NCBI GenBank assembly: GCA_942493105.1
Contig: OW818668.1
Span: 2,000,408-2,032,407, forward strand
Source of the DNA: an uncultured Erysipelotrichaceae bacterium
Lineage (GTDB): Bacteria > Bacillota_I > Bacilli_A > Erysipelotrichales > Erysipelotrichaceae
Direction of reading: 5' to 3'
Length of the DNA: 32,000 nucleotides
In this document: positions 8,853 through 19,284 of the stretch, piece by piece
How positions within the stretch are numbered: the stretch's first letter is position 1
Layout: each line of letters starts with the position of its first letter
Notes under the pieces: model-generated
The model's database searches: none
Seen by the model: the letters and a program-made list of their open reading frames with translations, nothing else
What the model was told of the DNA's origin: nothing
Position numbers and translations under genes: made by a program

Positions 8853-10652
8853 ATGAGTCAAAAAGAAGTATTGCTTCGCAGTCAGGTCCCAGTTGAATTA
8901 ACTTGGGATACCGCATCTATTTTCGCAGATGATACATCTTGGGAACAGTCTTTTAAAGCAGCAGAAGATGCTCTTCAAACGGCCGCATCTTTCAAAGGTA
9001 AATTAACTGCTTCCCCCAAAGCCTTACTGAAGGCACTAGAGTACCGTAATCACGTCATTCAACTGGTTGAGCACTTATACAGCTATGCTCACTTAAAGAG
9101 CGATGTGGATACATCAAATGCCCTATACCTTGGTTTTCAAGGCAGAGCACGTAGTTTATATGGAAAGCTTGCTTCAGAGTTAAGTTATTATGATACAGAA
9201 CTCTTAGAAGCAGATGAAGCAGTGGTTAGATCTTACCTACAAGAAGATGCTCTAAAGATCTATGCCCATGAATTTGAGATCTTATTTAAACGCAGAGCTC
9301 ATATCTTAAGTGATAAGGAAGAAAACATTTTAGCCTTGGCTTCTGAAGTCTTAGGGGCTTCTGGTCAGATCTTCTCGATCCTCAACAATGCAGATCTGAA
9401 GTTGCCTCAAATCAAAGGTGAAGACGGGACTCCTGTTCAATTGTCTCAGGGAAGATATGGCTTATTCCTTGAATCAAAACAACGTGACGTCAGAAAAGAT
9501 GCCTTTAAAGCGATGTATGCGACTTATGGAGCCTTCAAGAATACCTTTGCGGCAACCTTATCCACCAACATCAAGTCCCATAACTTTAATTCTAAAGTAC
9601 GTCACTTCAATAGTGCCCGTGAAGCTGCTTTGTTTTCAAATCATATTCCGGAAAGCGTTTATGATGCCTTGGTCAGTGCGATCCACGAAGGCTTACCTTT
9701 ATTGCATAAATATGTATCCTTACGCAAGAAAGTACTTAAGCTAGATGACTTAAGGATGTATGACTTATATGTCCCAATGGTTGACGATGTTGACTTGAAG
9801 TTTACCTATGATGAAGCCAAAGAAGTCATTCTAAAGGCTCTTTCTGTCTTAGGTGAAGATTATGTCTCCCATTTAAAAGAAGCCTTTGAGAACCGCTGGA
9901 TCGACGTCCTAGAGAACACTGGAAAGCGTTCAGGTGCTTACTCTTCCGGCAGTTATAACACCAATCCTTTCATTTTGCTCAACTGGCAAGATAACTTAGA
10001 TAATGTCTATACTTTAGCTCATGAACTGGGTCATTCGATCCATTCTTATTACACCAGAAAGAATCAACCTTTCATCTATGGAGACTATTCGATCTTTGTG
10101 GCAGAAGTCGCTTCCACAACCAATGAGAATTTATTGACGGCTTATTTATTAAAAACCTATAAAGATCCCAAGATCCAAGCCTACATCATCAATCATTATC
10201 TGGATGGGGTCAAAGGAACAGTCTACAGACAAACTCAGTTCGCTGAATTCGAACATTTCATTCACCAAGCTGATTCTGAAGGGATTGCACTCACTTCAGA
10301 TGCCTTAAGTGAAAAGTATGATGCGATAAATAAGGCCTATTATGGACCTGAAATGACTTATGATGAAGAGATTGCCCATGAATGGGCACGTATCCCCCAC
10401 TTCTACTACAACTATTATGTTTATCAATATGCGACTGGATTCTCAGCCGCCAGTGCTTTAGCCTATAAGATCTTAAATGAAGGTGAAATTGCGGTTACAA
10501 ACTATCTGAACTTCCTAAAAGCTGGATCCAGTGTCACACCGATTGATGCCCTAAAGATTGCGGGCGTTGATATGTCCAGCAATCAGGCCACATTAGATGC
10601 CTTAAAGCTCTTCAAACAAAGATTGGATGAATTCGAAAACTTGATCAAATAA
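8853..10652 (+). CDS. pepF: Oligoendopeptidase F (M3B metallopeptidase)
   Basis: 599 aa with HELGH zinc motif (TLAHELGHSIHSYY) and a downstream Glu ligand region (FVAEVASTTNE). Confidence 0.9.
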   Translation: MSQKEVLLRSQVPVELTWDTASIFADDTSWEQSFKAAEDALQTAASFKGKLTASPKALLKALEYRNHVIQLVEHLYSYAHLKSDVDTSNALYLGFQGRARSLYGKLASELSYYDTELLEADEAVVRSYLQEDALKIYAHEFEILFKRRAHILSDKEENILALASEVLGASGQIFSILNNADLKLPQIKGEDGTPVQLSQGRYGLFLESKQRDVRKDAFKAMYATYGAFKNTFAATLSTNIKSHNFNSKVRHFNSAREAALFSNHIPESVYDALVSAIHEGLPLLHKYVSLRKKVLKLDDLRMYDLYVPMVDDVDLKFTYDEAKEVILKALSVLGEDYVSHLKEAFENRWIDVLENTGKRSGAYSSGSYNTNPFILLNWQDNLDNVYTLAHELGHSIHSYYTRKNQPFIYGDYSIFVAEVASTTNENLLTAYLLKTYKDPKIQAYIINHYLDGVKGTVYRQTQFAEFEHFIHQADSEGIALTSDALSEKYDAINKAYYGPEMTYDEEIAHEWARIPHFYYNYYVYQYATGFSAASALAYKILNEGEIAVTNYLNFLKAGSSVTPIDALKIAGVDMSSNQATLDALKLFKQRLDEFENLIK

Positions 10653-10678
10653 AAAAGCGAAATTTCTTCGCTTTTTTT
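10651..10678. terminator. Bidirectional terminator between convergent pepF and rimO
   Basis: A6-AAGCGAA-ATTTC-TTCGCTT-T5. It abuts both stop codons. Confidence 0.75.
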
Positions 10679-11975
10679 ACGCTTTAACTTCTCCATACAA
10701 ATCATAGTCATCATTTCTAAGAATGTTTACTTTCACAAACGAACCGATCTTTAAGGGTTGATCGGATGTAAAAACGACTTCCCCATCGATTTGATCTGGG
10801 GCATAATGGATCGAACGACCACGATAGACATTGGTTCCTCTGTCTTTAGAATCGATCAAAACTTCTAAGTTTGAACCAATCATGGCTTTGATCTTTTCTT
10901 CTGAGATCTTTGCCTGTAAATCCATGACTTGTAGGAGTCTTTCTTGTTTCTCTGTTTCCGAACAGCTGTCTTTCATGAAGTAAGCCGGGGTATCTTCTTC
11001 AAGGGAATAGGCAAAGGCACCTAAACGATCAAATTTGATTTCTTGAATGAAATCAAGCAAGGTTTGAAACTGTTTTTGTGTTTCACCAGGGAATCCTACG
11101 ATCACCGTGGTTCTTAAGATGGCTTGTGGAAACACGTCACGTATCTCTGAAATCACATGTCGTATATCTTCGACTGTTCCTTTACGCGCCATTGCCTTCA
11201 GAAGGTCATTGTCTGCGTGCTGGATGGGAATATCAAAGTATGGGATAACTTTATCACAAGCCTTCATATCCATCAGTAAAGCCCTAGAAACGGCATTAGG
11301 ATACATATATAAGATACGGATCCATTTTAAACCAGGCAACGCATTGAGATCCTTCAAGAGCGATCCTAATTGGTTGGATCCTTGGTCTTCCATGTATCGA
11401 GTGGTATCTTGAGCGATGAGGACCAATTCTTTCACACCTTGTAGGATCAAATGTTGAGCTTCTAGTAATAACTCTTCTTTGGGATACGAATTCAAAGGTC
11501 CTCGAATCAATGGGATCGCACAGTATGTACAACGGTTAGAACAGCCTTCTGCGATCTTCAAATAAGCCGTATGGGCTTTCTTTGAGATTAGACGTTCCAT
11601 CTTTCCATAAGATCCGATGATTTCTGTTTCTAAGACTTCGCTTAAGATCTCATCGAGATGATTGTATTCAGAGACACCGATAAAACGATCGACTTCTGGA
11701 AGTTCTTTGATCAAATCTTCTTTATATCGCTGTGAAAGACAACCGATGACGATCAGTTTCTTTAAGTTCTTTTGTTTATATTCTGCCATATCGAGGATCG
11801 TGTTGATGCTTTCCTCTTTGGCAGGATTGATAAAACCACAGGTATTAACGAAGATGGCGCTTGCTTCATCAAGTGATTTGGTCAAAGTATGCCCATTGGC
11901 TTTAAGTAAGCCCATGACTCTTTCTGAATCCACCTGATTTTTACTGCAGCCTAGTGAAATAAAACCTATTTTCAT
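10677..11975 (-). CDS. rimO: Ribosomal protein S12 methylthiotransferase RimO (radical SAM MTTase)
   Basis: MKIGFISLGCSKNQVDSE N-terminal Cys cluster, radical-SAM CSNRCTYC, C-terminal TRAM domain. I prefer the start at 11975, one nt after the upstream TAA, over the track start at 12038. Confidence 0.85.
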   Translation of the reverse strand: MKIGFISLGCSKNQVDSERVMGLLKANGHTLTKSLDEASAIFVNTCGFINPAKEESINTILDMAEYKQKNLKKLIVIGCLSQRYKEDLIKELPEVDRFIGVSEYNHLDEILSEVLETEIIGSYGKMERLISKKAHTAYLKIAEGCSNRCTYCAIPLIRGPLNSYPKEELLLEAQHLILQGVKELVLIAQDTTRYMEDQGSNQLGSLLKDLNALPGLKWIRILYMYPNAVSRALLMDMKACDKVIPYFDIPIQHADNDLLKAMARKGTVEDIRHVISEIRDVFPQAILRTTVIVGFPGETQKQFQTLLDFIQEIKFDRLGAFAYSLEEDTPAYFMKDSCSETEKQERLLQVMDLQAKISEEKIKAMIGSNLEVLIDSKDRGTNVYRGRSIHYAPDQIDGEVVFTSDQPLKIGSFVKVNILRNDDYDLYGEVKA

Positions 11976-11976
11976 C

Positions 11977-12756
11977 TTAGTACTTCGGATTCTTAACATC
12001 TTTATACGTATATTTGATGTGTTTACGTTGGCGTCCAAAGATGATCCAAGGCAAGTATTCGATCAGCCATACGATTCCAACCAAGACGATCGTAAAGAAG
12101 ACATAGCCCGGATTCCCAAACATTTGTTCAAAGATGACCAGTGGTGATCCAGGAGACGGATAATTCATAAAGAAGAAGTTTGTATCAAATGCTTTATTGA
12201 AATAATAGAGACCAAAGCATAAGATAAGGTGAATGATGAACACCATAGGTAAATTCTTATAATTAGGCTTTAGTTCTCCTGAGAAAACCAACATCACAAT
12301 GAAGGCGATCAAACAGCCATGAGCCAAAAAGCTTTGAATCGATTGGAAATTAAACAACGGTAAAATCAACCAATCCGCAAAAATCAAAGCCATCAGTGCC
12401 CCAACGATTCCTAAGGCATATAAAGATTCCTTGGCTATTTTATTTTTAGTGAAGGCATAGATCAAAATCGTGAATTCTGTGAAACCACATAAATGAAAAG
12501 GCAAATACTCCAGTCTATATCTTCCCATGATGAGATAGGTCACTTGTCTAAATACTTCCATGGAGATGATGAAGATCGCAAAACCTTTTTTAAATTGGGT
12601 CCTAGATGAACTTCTCATCGATCTATACGATAATGACACCCCAATGATGATCAATAATAAAACCCCCAACCAAATCAAATGCGGTGTTGAATAATAATCA
12701 ATGCCCATGCCTTGAGGAACATTATAAAGATCATAGAAGAATGTGCTGAAATCCAT
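11977..12756 (-). CDS. Polytopic integral membrane protein (YwaF/TIGR02206-like, function unknown)
   Basis: About 7 TM helices. The family assignment is from memory of N-terminal and overall topology only. RBS GGGGAGG. Translationally coupled to rimO. Confidence 0.4.
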   Translation of the reverse strand: MDFSTFFYDLYNVPQGMGIDYYSTPHLIWLGVLLLIIIGVSLSYRSMRSSSRTQFKKGFAIFIISMEVFRQVTYLIMGRYRLEYLPFHLCGFTEFTILIYAFTKNKIAKESLYALGIVGALMALIFADWLILPLFNFQSIQSFLAHGCLIAFIVMLVFSGELKPNYKNLPMVFIIHLILCFGLYYFNKAFDTNFFFMNYPSPGSPLVIFEQMFGNPGYVFFTIVLVGIVWLIEYLPWIIFGRQRKHIKYTYKDVKNPKY

Positions 12757-12781
12757 AGAAGGACCTCCCCTGTTTGTTTTA

Positions 12782-12810
12782 AGTTTACCTAAAAGATGAG
12801 TGCTTGTAAA
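12782..12810 (-). promoter_or_regulatory. Putative sigma-A promoter for the membrane-protein/rimO operon
   Basis: On the minus strand: TTTACA, 17 nt spacer, TAAACT. Confidence 0.4.
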
Positions 12811-12825
12811 TGAGTTTGTGAAACC

Positions 12826-12849
12826 AAAGAAAAACCTGTCAGAGACAGG
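12826..12849 (-). terminator. Terminator of the tRNA operon
   Basis: Minus strand CCTGTC-TCT-GACAGG followed by TTTTTCTTT, just after tRNA-Phe. Confidence 0.65.
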
Positions 12850-12861
12850 ATTTCAAGTCAG

Positions 12862-12937
12862 TGGTGGTTCCGGCCGGAATTGAACCGGCGACACCTTGAT
12901 TTTCAGTCAAGTGCTCTACCTACTGAGCTACAGAACC
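12862..12937 (-). tRNA. tRNA-Phe (GAA), CCA encoded
   Basis: Cloverleaf read by hand. Anticodon loop CUGAAAA, T-loop GGTTCAATTCC, acceptor GGTTCTG/CGGAACC. Confidence 0.9.
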
Positions 12938-12938
12938 A

Positions 12939-13015
<77 letters not shown>

Positions 13016-13041
13016 ATAAGGAAATGAACTGGCAATTAAAA

Positions 13042-13118
<77 letters not shown>

Positions 13119-13149
13119 ATAAATAAGTAACCAAAACTTCGAGTAAAGA

Positions 13150-13238
13150 TGGCGGAGGAAGTGGGATTCGAACCCACGCATGCTTTCACATCTGCTGGTT
13201 TTCAAGACCAGTCCCTTAAACCGCTTGGGTATTCCTCC
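13150..13238 (-). tRNA. tRNA-Ser (UGA), long variable arm
   Basis: Anticodon loop CUUGAAA, long extra arm, discriminator G, CCA encoded. Confidence 0.9.
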
Positions 13239-13249
13239 ATTGTTAGAAA

Positions 13250-13326
<77 letters not shown>

Positions 13327-13331
13327 ACATT

Positions 13332-13408
13332 TGGTAGCGGGAGTCGGATTCGAACCGACGACCGACCGGGTATGAACCGATTGCTCTAGCCAACTGAGCT
13401 ATCCCGCC
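13332..13408 (-). tRNA. Elongator tRNA-Met (CAU)
   Basis: Anticodon loop UUCAUAC. Acceptor GGCGGGA/TCCCGCT fully paired, so it is not an initiator. Confidence 0.85.
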
Positions 13409-13421
13409 ACAAATTTTAAAC

Positions 13422-13498
13422 TGGTCGGGATGACAGGATTTGAACCTGCGACCCCTTGATCCCAAATCAAGTGCACTACCAAGCTGTGCTACATCCCG
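13422..13498 (-). tRNA. tRNA-Pro (UGG)
   Basis: Anticodon loop UUUGGGA, 5' CGGGATG acceptor. Confidence 0.9.
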
Positions 13499-13517
13499 AT
13501 GTATGATGGTAATAAAA

Positions 13518-13594
13518 TGGCGCGCCCAGCAGGAGTCGAACCCGCAACCCTTTGATCCGTAGTCAAATACTCTATCCAATTGAGCTATGGGCGC
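13518..13594 (-). tRNA. tRNA-Arg (ACG)
   Basis: Anticodon loop CUACGGA. Confidence 0.9.
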
Positions 13595-13626
13595 AATGTG
13601 GTGCTTGGACAACACAAGTGCAAACG

Positions 13627-13713
13627 TGGTGGGGATGAAGGGACTTGAACCCTTACGATGTTGCCATCAACGGATTTTAAGTCCGTTGCGTCTGCCTATT
13701 CCGCCACATCCCC
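13627..13713 (-). tRNA. tRNA-Leu (UAA), long variable arm
   Basis: Anticodon loop CUUAAAA, long extra arm. Confidence 0.9.
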
Positions 13714-13716
13714 AAT

Positions 13717-13790
13717 TGGAGGTTCCTGTCGGAATCGAACCGACGGTCACAGAGTTGCAGTCTATTGCCTTACCACTTGGCTAAGGAACC
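13717..13790 (-). tRNA. tRNA-Cys (GCA)
   Basis: Anticodon loop CUGCAAC. Discriminator U73, typical of tRNA-Cys. Confidence 0.9.
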
Positions 13791-13809
13791 GTCTAAACGG
13801 TGCCTTCTA

Positions 13810-13838
13810 ATTATAACCAAGGGACCTCTAAAATGCAA
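13810..13838 (-). promoter_or_regulatory. Strong sigma-A promoter of the tRNA operon
   Basis: Minus strand TTGCAT, 17 nt spacer, TATAAT, ending 19 nt before tRNA-Cys. Confidence 0.65.
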
Positions 13839-13905
13839 GAATAAAAAAAGACTTTAAAAAGAAAAACAAACAGGATTCAACTTATCACTTTTTGTTAATG
13901 ATAAT

Positions 13906-13937
13906 GTGAGAAAAAGACACGGATTTCTCCGTGTCTT
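13906..13937 (-). terminator. Terminator of the pot operon
   Basis: Minus strand AAGACACGGA-GAAA-TCCGTGTCTT followed by TTTTCTC. Confidence 0.8.
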
Positions 13938-13945
13938 ACAAACCT

Positions 13946-14983
13946 TTAGTCAGCCTTGACGCGAGTCCACTTGTCAGGCAAGATGGAAACTAGTTCAGGG
14001 GAGTAGGCATGCACTTCGTCTAGCGGATTGTTTAAACGAGGGGCATAAGCAGGATTATTGAAATAAACCCCGCCTTCAGAAGTGACTGCTTCAAAAGCAG
14101 AAACGACCGGGGAAGTATAGCCAACATATTCAGTATTCTTTAATGCAACATCATCACGAAGCATGTAGTTGATCCATTTGTGAGCCAAGTCGACGTTCTG
14201 AGAATTTGTCGGGATGACCATGGAGTCAGTCCACAAATTTGTACCTTCAGCAGGGACAAAGAAGTCCATATCTGGGTTTTCAGACAAGACATATGCTGCA
14301 TCACCTGAGAAGTCAACGGCCAAGTCTTTTTCGCCATTGATCATGTTGTCGATCAAAGTTTCATCGATATATACAGGATTGGTTTTATCATCCATGTCTT
14401 GTAGCCAGTTGAAAGCTTCTTCGATTTGAGCAGTATCGGTCGTATTGATCGAATAACCCAAAGATTTATACGCCATCATAAAGGCATCACGAGCAGAATC
14501 ATAAACATAAACACGATCTTTGTATTTCACATCTCTTAAAACATTCCAACCTTGAGCTTCAAGATCAGCTTTATCAACCACAGTCTTATTGAAGATGATC
14601 CCAATGTTACCATAGAAATAAGGCACACTATACTGATTGTTGGGGTCAAAAGGACGATTCAACATCCCAGGATCAACATTTTTAAGATTGGTGATCTTGG
14701 AAAGATTGATCTTTTGGATCTTGCCTTCCGCAATCAAACGTTCAACCATGTGATCTGTAGGAACCAAGATGTCATATTTTTCTCCGGACTGGAGTTTGGT
14801 ATACATCAATTCATTGGAATCATAGGTATCATAAATAACATGTACATTGTATTCTTTTTCAAAATCAGCAATGACTGAAGCATCAATATATTCACCCCAA
14901 TTGAAGACCTTTAAAGTCTTTTTTGCGGTAGTACAAGCGGTGAGGGTTCCGATAAGCAGGAATAGGATGAGTAATTTTTTCAT
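13946..14983 (-). CDS. potD: Spermidine/putrescine ABC transporter substrate-binding lipoprotein (distal paralog)
   Basis: Lipobox LIGTLTAC. PotD-family pattern (KVFNWGEYID, YDILVPTDHMV, YFYGNIGIIFN). Confidence 0.85.
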   Translation of the reverse strand: MKKLLILFLLIGTLTACTTAKKTLKVFNWGEYIDASVIADFEKEYNVHVIYDTYDSNELMYTKLQSGEKYDILVPTDHMVERLIAEGKIQKINLSKITNLKNVDPGMLNRPFDPNNQYSVPYFYGNIGIIFNKTVVDKADLEAQGWNVLRDVKYKDRVYVYDSARDAFMMAYKSLGYSINTTDTAQIEEAFNWLQDMDDKTNPVYIDETLIDNMINGEKDLAVDFSGDAAYVLSENPDMDFFVPAEGTNLWTDSMVIPTNSQNVDLAHKWINYMLRDDVALKNTEYVGYTSPVVSAFEAVTSEGGVYFNNPAYAPRLNNPLDEVHAYSPELVSILPDKWTRVKAD

Positions 14984-15018
14984 AGATAGAAGTATCTACC
15001 TCCTTGAGTTGAATGCTT

Positions 15019-16050
15019 TTAATTCGCTTTCACTTTGACCCATAGGTCAGAAATGATTTTCTTTATGGATTCGTCATATTTGAAGACTTCATCTTTAGGA
15101 TGATCTAGGCGTGGTGAATACGCATCTAATCCTTCAAATTCAGTATCTCTTAAGGTTTCATATACACTTAGGATCGGGGATGAATAACCTACATAGACAC
15201 TGTTGAGTTCAGCGACTTCAGGGCTCAACATAAAGTTGATCCATTTGTGTGCCAAATCAGAAACTTTTGTGGTCTTTGAGATCACCATATTGTCGATCCA
15301 GAAGTTAGTTCCCTGTTCAGGAACATAATAGGCCATATCTGGATTTTCCATCGTGATATAAGCCGCATCACCTGAGTAAACCATGGCGATGGCTTTGTTG
15401 CCTTGGATCATGTTATCGATGACATCATCGGTCGCATAGACCGGATCCATCGTATTATCCAAGGTTTCTAGCCAATCATAGGCTGCATCAAGCTGAGCTT
15501 GAATTTTAGTATTGGCTGAAAATCCTAAAGCTTTAAGGGCAACCATGAAGGCATCCCGTTCTGAATCATAGACATAGATTTGACCTTTATAGGTGGTGTC
15601 TCTTAAGATTTCCCATCCTTGATTCAAATCTTCTTCATCGACGATCGTGGTGTTGTAGATCAGACCCACATTGCCCCAAAAGTAAGGGACACTGTACGTA
15701 TTCTCTGGATCAAATCCCCAACCTTTTAAACCCGGGATGATACCATCTGCATTGGGCAACTTTGAGAAATTCAATGGTTTCAATCGATCTTCTTGGATCA
15801 AACGTTGAACCATATAATCTGAAGGAACCAATACGTCATACTTTTCACCACTAAGCAGTTTTGTATACATGGCTTCGTTGCTTTCAAACATGTCGTAAAT
15901 CACTTCACAATCAAATTCTTTTTCAAATGCTTCGATGACCGTTTCGTCAATGTAGGCCCCCCAACTAAATACTTTCAGGGTTGGCTTACCCGTTTGGCAT
16001 CCGCTCAGCGCTAAACCCGCCAGCAGTATGCTAAACACTATTTTTTTCAT
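15019..16050 (-). CDS. potD: Spermidine/putrescine ABC transporter substrate-binding lipoprotein (proximal paralog)
   Basis: Lipobox LALSGC. Collinear with the neighbouring paralog, roughly half or more identical by eye. Confidence 0.85.
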   Translation of the reverse strand: MKKIVFSILLAGLALSGCQTGKPTLKVFSWGAYIDETVIEAFEKEFDCEVIYDMFESNEAMYTKLLSGEKYDVLVPSDYMVQRLIQEDRLKPLNFSKLPNADGIIPGLKGWGFDPENTYSVPYFWGNVGLIYNTTIVDEEDLNQGWEILRDTTYKGQIYVYDSERDAFMVALKALGFSANTKIQAQLDAAYDWLETLDNTMDPVYATDDVIDNMIQGNKAIAMVYSGDAAYITMENPDMAYYVPEQGTNFWIDNMVISKTTKVSDLAHKWINFMLSPEVAELNSVYVGYSSPILSVYETLRDTEFEGLDAYSPRLDHPKDEVFKYDESIKKIISDLWVKVKAN

Positions 16051-16847
16051 TCAGCACCTCTCAGTTCTTTCTTTTTTAACATAGGCAACAAGTTTACGAT
16101 CAACAACACGATCGTGATGATGACGACCAAGATGGTCGACAAGGCATTGATCGTAGGATTGATACGCTTGCTCATCGTATAAACCAGAATCGAGATGTTT
16201 TTGACCCCGTTTCCAGATACGAAGTAAGATATGACGAAGTCGTCAAACGACATCGTGAAGGCCAACAGCGCTCCAGAGATCACACCCGGCATAATCAGCG
16301 GGACAATGACCTTTGATAAGGCTTGGGCTGGGGTTGCGCCTAAATCCATGGCAGCTTCAGTAATATCAGGATCTAGACCACGAAGTTTAGGCAATACGGT
16401 TAATATGACGTAAGGGGTAGAGAAGATAATATGCGCAACCAACATGGTCATCATCCCCTTTTCAATCGATAAAGAAGAAAACAAAAGCATGAGTCCGATC
16501 GCAGTTACGATTTCAGGATTAAGAATCGGAAAGTTATTGACGTTGATGATGAGTTCACGAATGATCTTGCGGCTCTTTGAGATACCAATGGCTGTTAAGG
16601 TACCCACCACAGTAGAGACAAAGGTGGAAAGCAGCGCAACAACTAAGGTCACATAAATGGCACCCATCATTTCACGATTGTTAAACAAAGCGGTATACCA
16701 CTGAGTTGAGAATCCGGCCCACGAAGTCAACGAACGAGAGTCATTGAATGAGAAGACCATCAGACTGGCAATCGGTGCATAGAAGAACAACAAGACTCCG
16801 GCAATCAATAAGACTCGAATCCAAGTACGGCGTTTTGAACCTACCAT
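16047..16847 (-). CDS. potC: Spermidine/putrescine ABC transporter permease PotC
   Basis: 6-TM BPD-type permease with EAA loop (EAAMDLGATPAQAL). 4-nt overlap with potD. Confidence 0.85.
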   Translation of the reverse strand: MVGSKRRTWIRVLLIAGVLLFFYAPIASLMVFSFNDSRSLTSWAGFSTQWYTALFNNREMMGAIYVTLVVALLSTFVSTVVGTLTAIGISKSRKIIRELIINVNNFPILNPEIVTAIGLMLLFSSLSIEKGMMTMLVAHIIFSTPYVILTVLPKLRGLDPDITEAAMDLGATPAQALSKVIVPLIMPGVISGALLAFTMSFDDFVISYFVSGNGVKNISILVYTMSKRINPTINALSTILVVIITIVLLIVNLLPMLKKKELRGAE

Positions 16848-17692
16848 TTGTTGCCTCCTTGTGCTTCTTGAACAATGTCTTTGTCCATTTTACGTGTCAT
16901 ATACATCGATAGCATGATGATCATCGCCATGATCAGGGAGATCGCAGAACCAAAGTTCCACTCTCCAACAGTAATAAATTGATTTTCGATGAGGTTACCA
17001 ATCAACATATATTGGCCTCCTCCTAAGAACTTAGGAATAATGAAGGTGGATACAGCAGGCAAGAACACTAAGGTTACGCCTGAGATCACGCCTGGCAAAG
17101 ACAAGGGGAAGGTGATCCGCATAAAGGTTTGACGAGTATTGGCCCCTAAATCAAACGAAGCATCGATCACTGCTTTATCCATCTTCGCCAATGACGTATA
17201 AATGGACAGAATCATAAACGGTAAGAAGTTATAAACCATCCCTAAGATGACCGCAAAATCGGTATACATCATTTTGATGGGACCCACATTGATCGACTTC
17301 AGGAAAGTATTGATGAGACCTGCATCAGATAGAATACTGATCCAAGCATAGGTACGTACCAACATATTGATCCACATCGGAATGGTGACCAGAAGCATCA
17401 ACAAGGTCTGCCAGCGTTCATCGACATTGGCGATGACATAGGCAATTGGATACCCAATCAAGATGCACACAAAGGTCGTAACCAAGGCAACTTGAATCGA
17501 TTTCAATAAGACTTTGATGAAGACGGGGTCAAAGAATTTCCCGAAGTTATCCAGTGTAAACTGAAAGCCCATGACACTGTTTCCATGTGTCGTAAAAGCA
17601 TACAAGACGATCAAGATCATCGGTACGACGATAAACAAAGTCATCCAGACCAAATATGGTCTGACAAGATTCGCAAAGACTCTCATGATCAA
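16841..17692 (-). CDS. potB: Spermidine/putrescine ABC transporter permease PotB
   Basis: BPD-type permease with EAA-like loop ([14 protein letters not shown]). Overlaps potA by 4 nt and potC by 7 nt. Confidence 0.85.
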   Translation of the reverse strand: MIMRVFANLVRPYLVWMTLFIVVPMILIVLYAFTTHGNSVMGFQFTLDNFGKFFDPVFIKVLLKSIQVALVTTFVCILIGYPIAYVIANVDERWQTLLMLLVTIPMWINMLVRTYAWISILSDAGLINTFLKSINVGPIKMMYTDFAVILGMVYNFLPFMILSIYTSLAKMDKAVIDASFDLGANTRQTFMRITFPLSLPGVISGVTLVFLPAVSTFIIPKFLGGGQYMLIGNLIENQFITVGEWNFGSAISLIMAMIIMLSMYMTRKMDKDIVQEAQGGNKW

Positions 17693-18729
17693 TACCCTAA
17701 ACGATACATGATATGAATGTCTTCAGGAAAGAAGTGTAAACCGACTTCTTGACCAATGGCCGCATTGTCGGTGGTGTGGATGATGAACTCACGATAAGGG
17801 GTCTCTACGACGATTTCGAAGTGGACTCCTTTGAAAAGACTGGATTGAACGATGCCTCTGATTTTACCCATTTCAACCGGCACGATGTCGATGTCTTCAG
17901 GACGCAATACAATATCGACGGGCGCCATTTCACTGAAACCAGAATCGATGCATTCAAATTCCTGATCATCGAAACGAACGCGATAATCTCCGACCATATT
18001 GCCTTCCATCAGATTGGATTCCCCAATGAAATCTGCAACGAAACGATTTTCTGGTTCATTATAGATGTCAGTTGGTGTTCCAATCTGCTGAATTTCACCG
18101 TTGTTCATGACGACGATGGTATCCGACATGGTCAAAGCTTCTTCCTGATCATGGGTGACATAAATGAAGGTAATGCCAACTTCTTGCTGGATTTTTTTAA
18201 GCTCATGCTGCATTTCTTTACGCAACTTGAGATCAAGTGCCCCTAAAGGTTCATCAAGCAGAAGGACCATAGGTTCATTGACCAAGGCTCTAGCAATCGC
18301 AACACGTTGTTGCTGACCGCCAGACATCAATGTAACCGGACGCTGTTCATACCCTTCTAAACCAACCAGTTTAAGCATACGGGTAACTTTTTGCTTGATC
18401 GTATTTTTATCTTGCTTTTTGATGTTGAGTCCAAAGGCAATATTATCATATACATTCATGTGAGGAAACAAAGCATATCTTTGGAAGACCGTGTTGATTT
18501 CTCGCTTATACGGGGGCACATTGCTGATTTCGATCCCATCGAAGATGACCTCGCCTTCTGTCTGAGATAAAAATCCTCCCAAAATACGCAGTAAGGTTGT
18601 CTTACCGCAACCGGAAGGTCCCAGTAAGGTCACAAACTCATTCTCATGAATGACGAGGTTGATGCCTTTGAGGACCAAGGTCCCATTGAATTCTTTAACG
18701 ATGTTTTTAAATTCGATTAGTTGTCTCAT
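17689..18729 (-). CDS. potA: Spermidine/putrescine ABC transporter ATPase PotA
   Basis: Walker [10 protein letters not shown], signature LSGGQQQR, Walker B LLLDEP, C-terminal TOBE-like domain. Confidence 0.9.
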   Translation of the reverse strand: MRQLIEFKNIVKEFNGTLVLKGINLVIHENEFVTLLGPSGCGKTTLLRILGGFLSQTEGEVIFDGIEISNVPPYKREINTVFQRYALFPHMNVYDNIAFGLNIKKQDKNTIKQKVTRMLKLVGLEGYEQRPVTLMSGGQQQRVAIARALVNEPMVLLLDEPLGALDLKLRKEMQHELKKIQQEVGITFIYVTHDQEEALTMSDTIVVMNNGEIQQIGTPTDIYNEPENRFVADFIGESNLMEGNMVGDYRVRFDDQEFECIDSGFSEMAPVDIVLRPEDIDIVPVEMGKIRGIVQSSLFKGVHFEIVVETPYREFIIHTTDNAAIGQEVGLHFFPEDIHIMYRLGY

Positions 18730-18738
18730 GTGGTGCTC

Positions 18739-19272
18739 CTAGAAGATCGGTGGGGTACTGACCCATACTACACTGGCTTTACTGTCACTGTCGTTTTTTA
18801 AGTAATGGCTATGAGTTCCTTTGACGTAGAAGGTTTGCCCTTTCTTTAAGGGAAATTCTTTGCCGTCTTGGATCAGTCTTAACTTACCGCTAAGCACATA
18901 ACCAAATTCTTCACCACCATGAGGCGGTACTTCAAAGGATGATTGATGAGGCAAAACCTCAATTAATAAGGGCTCCATGACGTTCTTTTTGGCGTTAGGG
19001 ACGATCCAGTGTAAGATACTTCCGTCTTTTTCATCTATAAAAAAATCATTCTGAGAAAAGACAATCTTTTCATCGATGTCTTCTTGAAAGAATTGAGCTA
19101 AACTAAGTCCCAAGGCACCCGCAATATCGCCTAAAGTGGCAATGGAAGGTGAAGTCAGATCTCGCTCTAATTGCGAGATGAAGCCTTTGGTCAATTCAGT
19201 TCGGCTAGCCAGTTCATCCAAGGTCATGTTATTTTTGATGCGCAAACGATTTATGCGTCGACCAATGTTCAT
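18739..19272 (-). CDS. XRE-family HTH regulator with C-terminal cupin domain (PuuR-like), first gene of the pot operon
   Basis: N-terminal HTH_3 (IGRRINRLRIKNNMTLDELASRTELTKGFISQLERD). C-terminal cupin (HGGEEFGYVLSGKL...G.TFY). Confidence 0.8.
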   Translation of the reverse strand: MNIGRRINRLRIKNNMTLDELASRTELTKGFISQLERDLTSPSIATLGDIAGALGLSLAQFFQEDIDEKIVFSQNDFFIDEKDGSILHWIVPNAKKNVMEPLLIEVLPHQSSFEVPPHGGEEFGYVLSGKLRLIQDGKEFPLKKGQTFYVKGTHSHYLKNDSDSKASVVWVSTPPIF

Positions 19273-19284
19273 GAGAGCCTTTCT

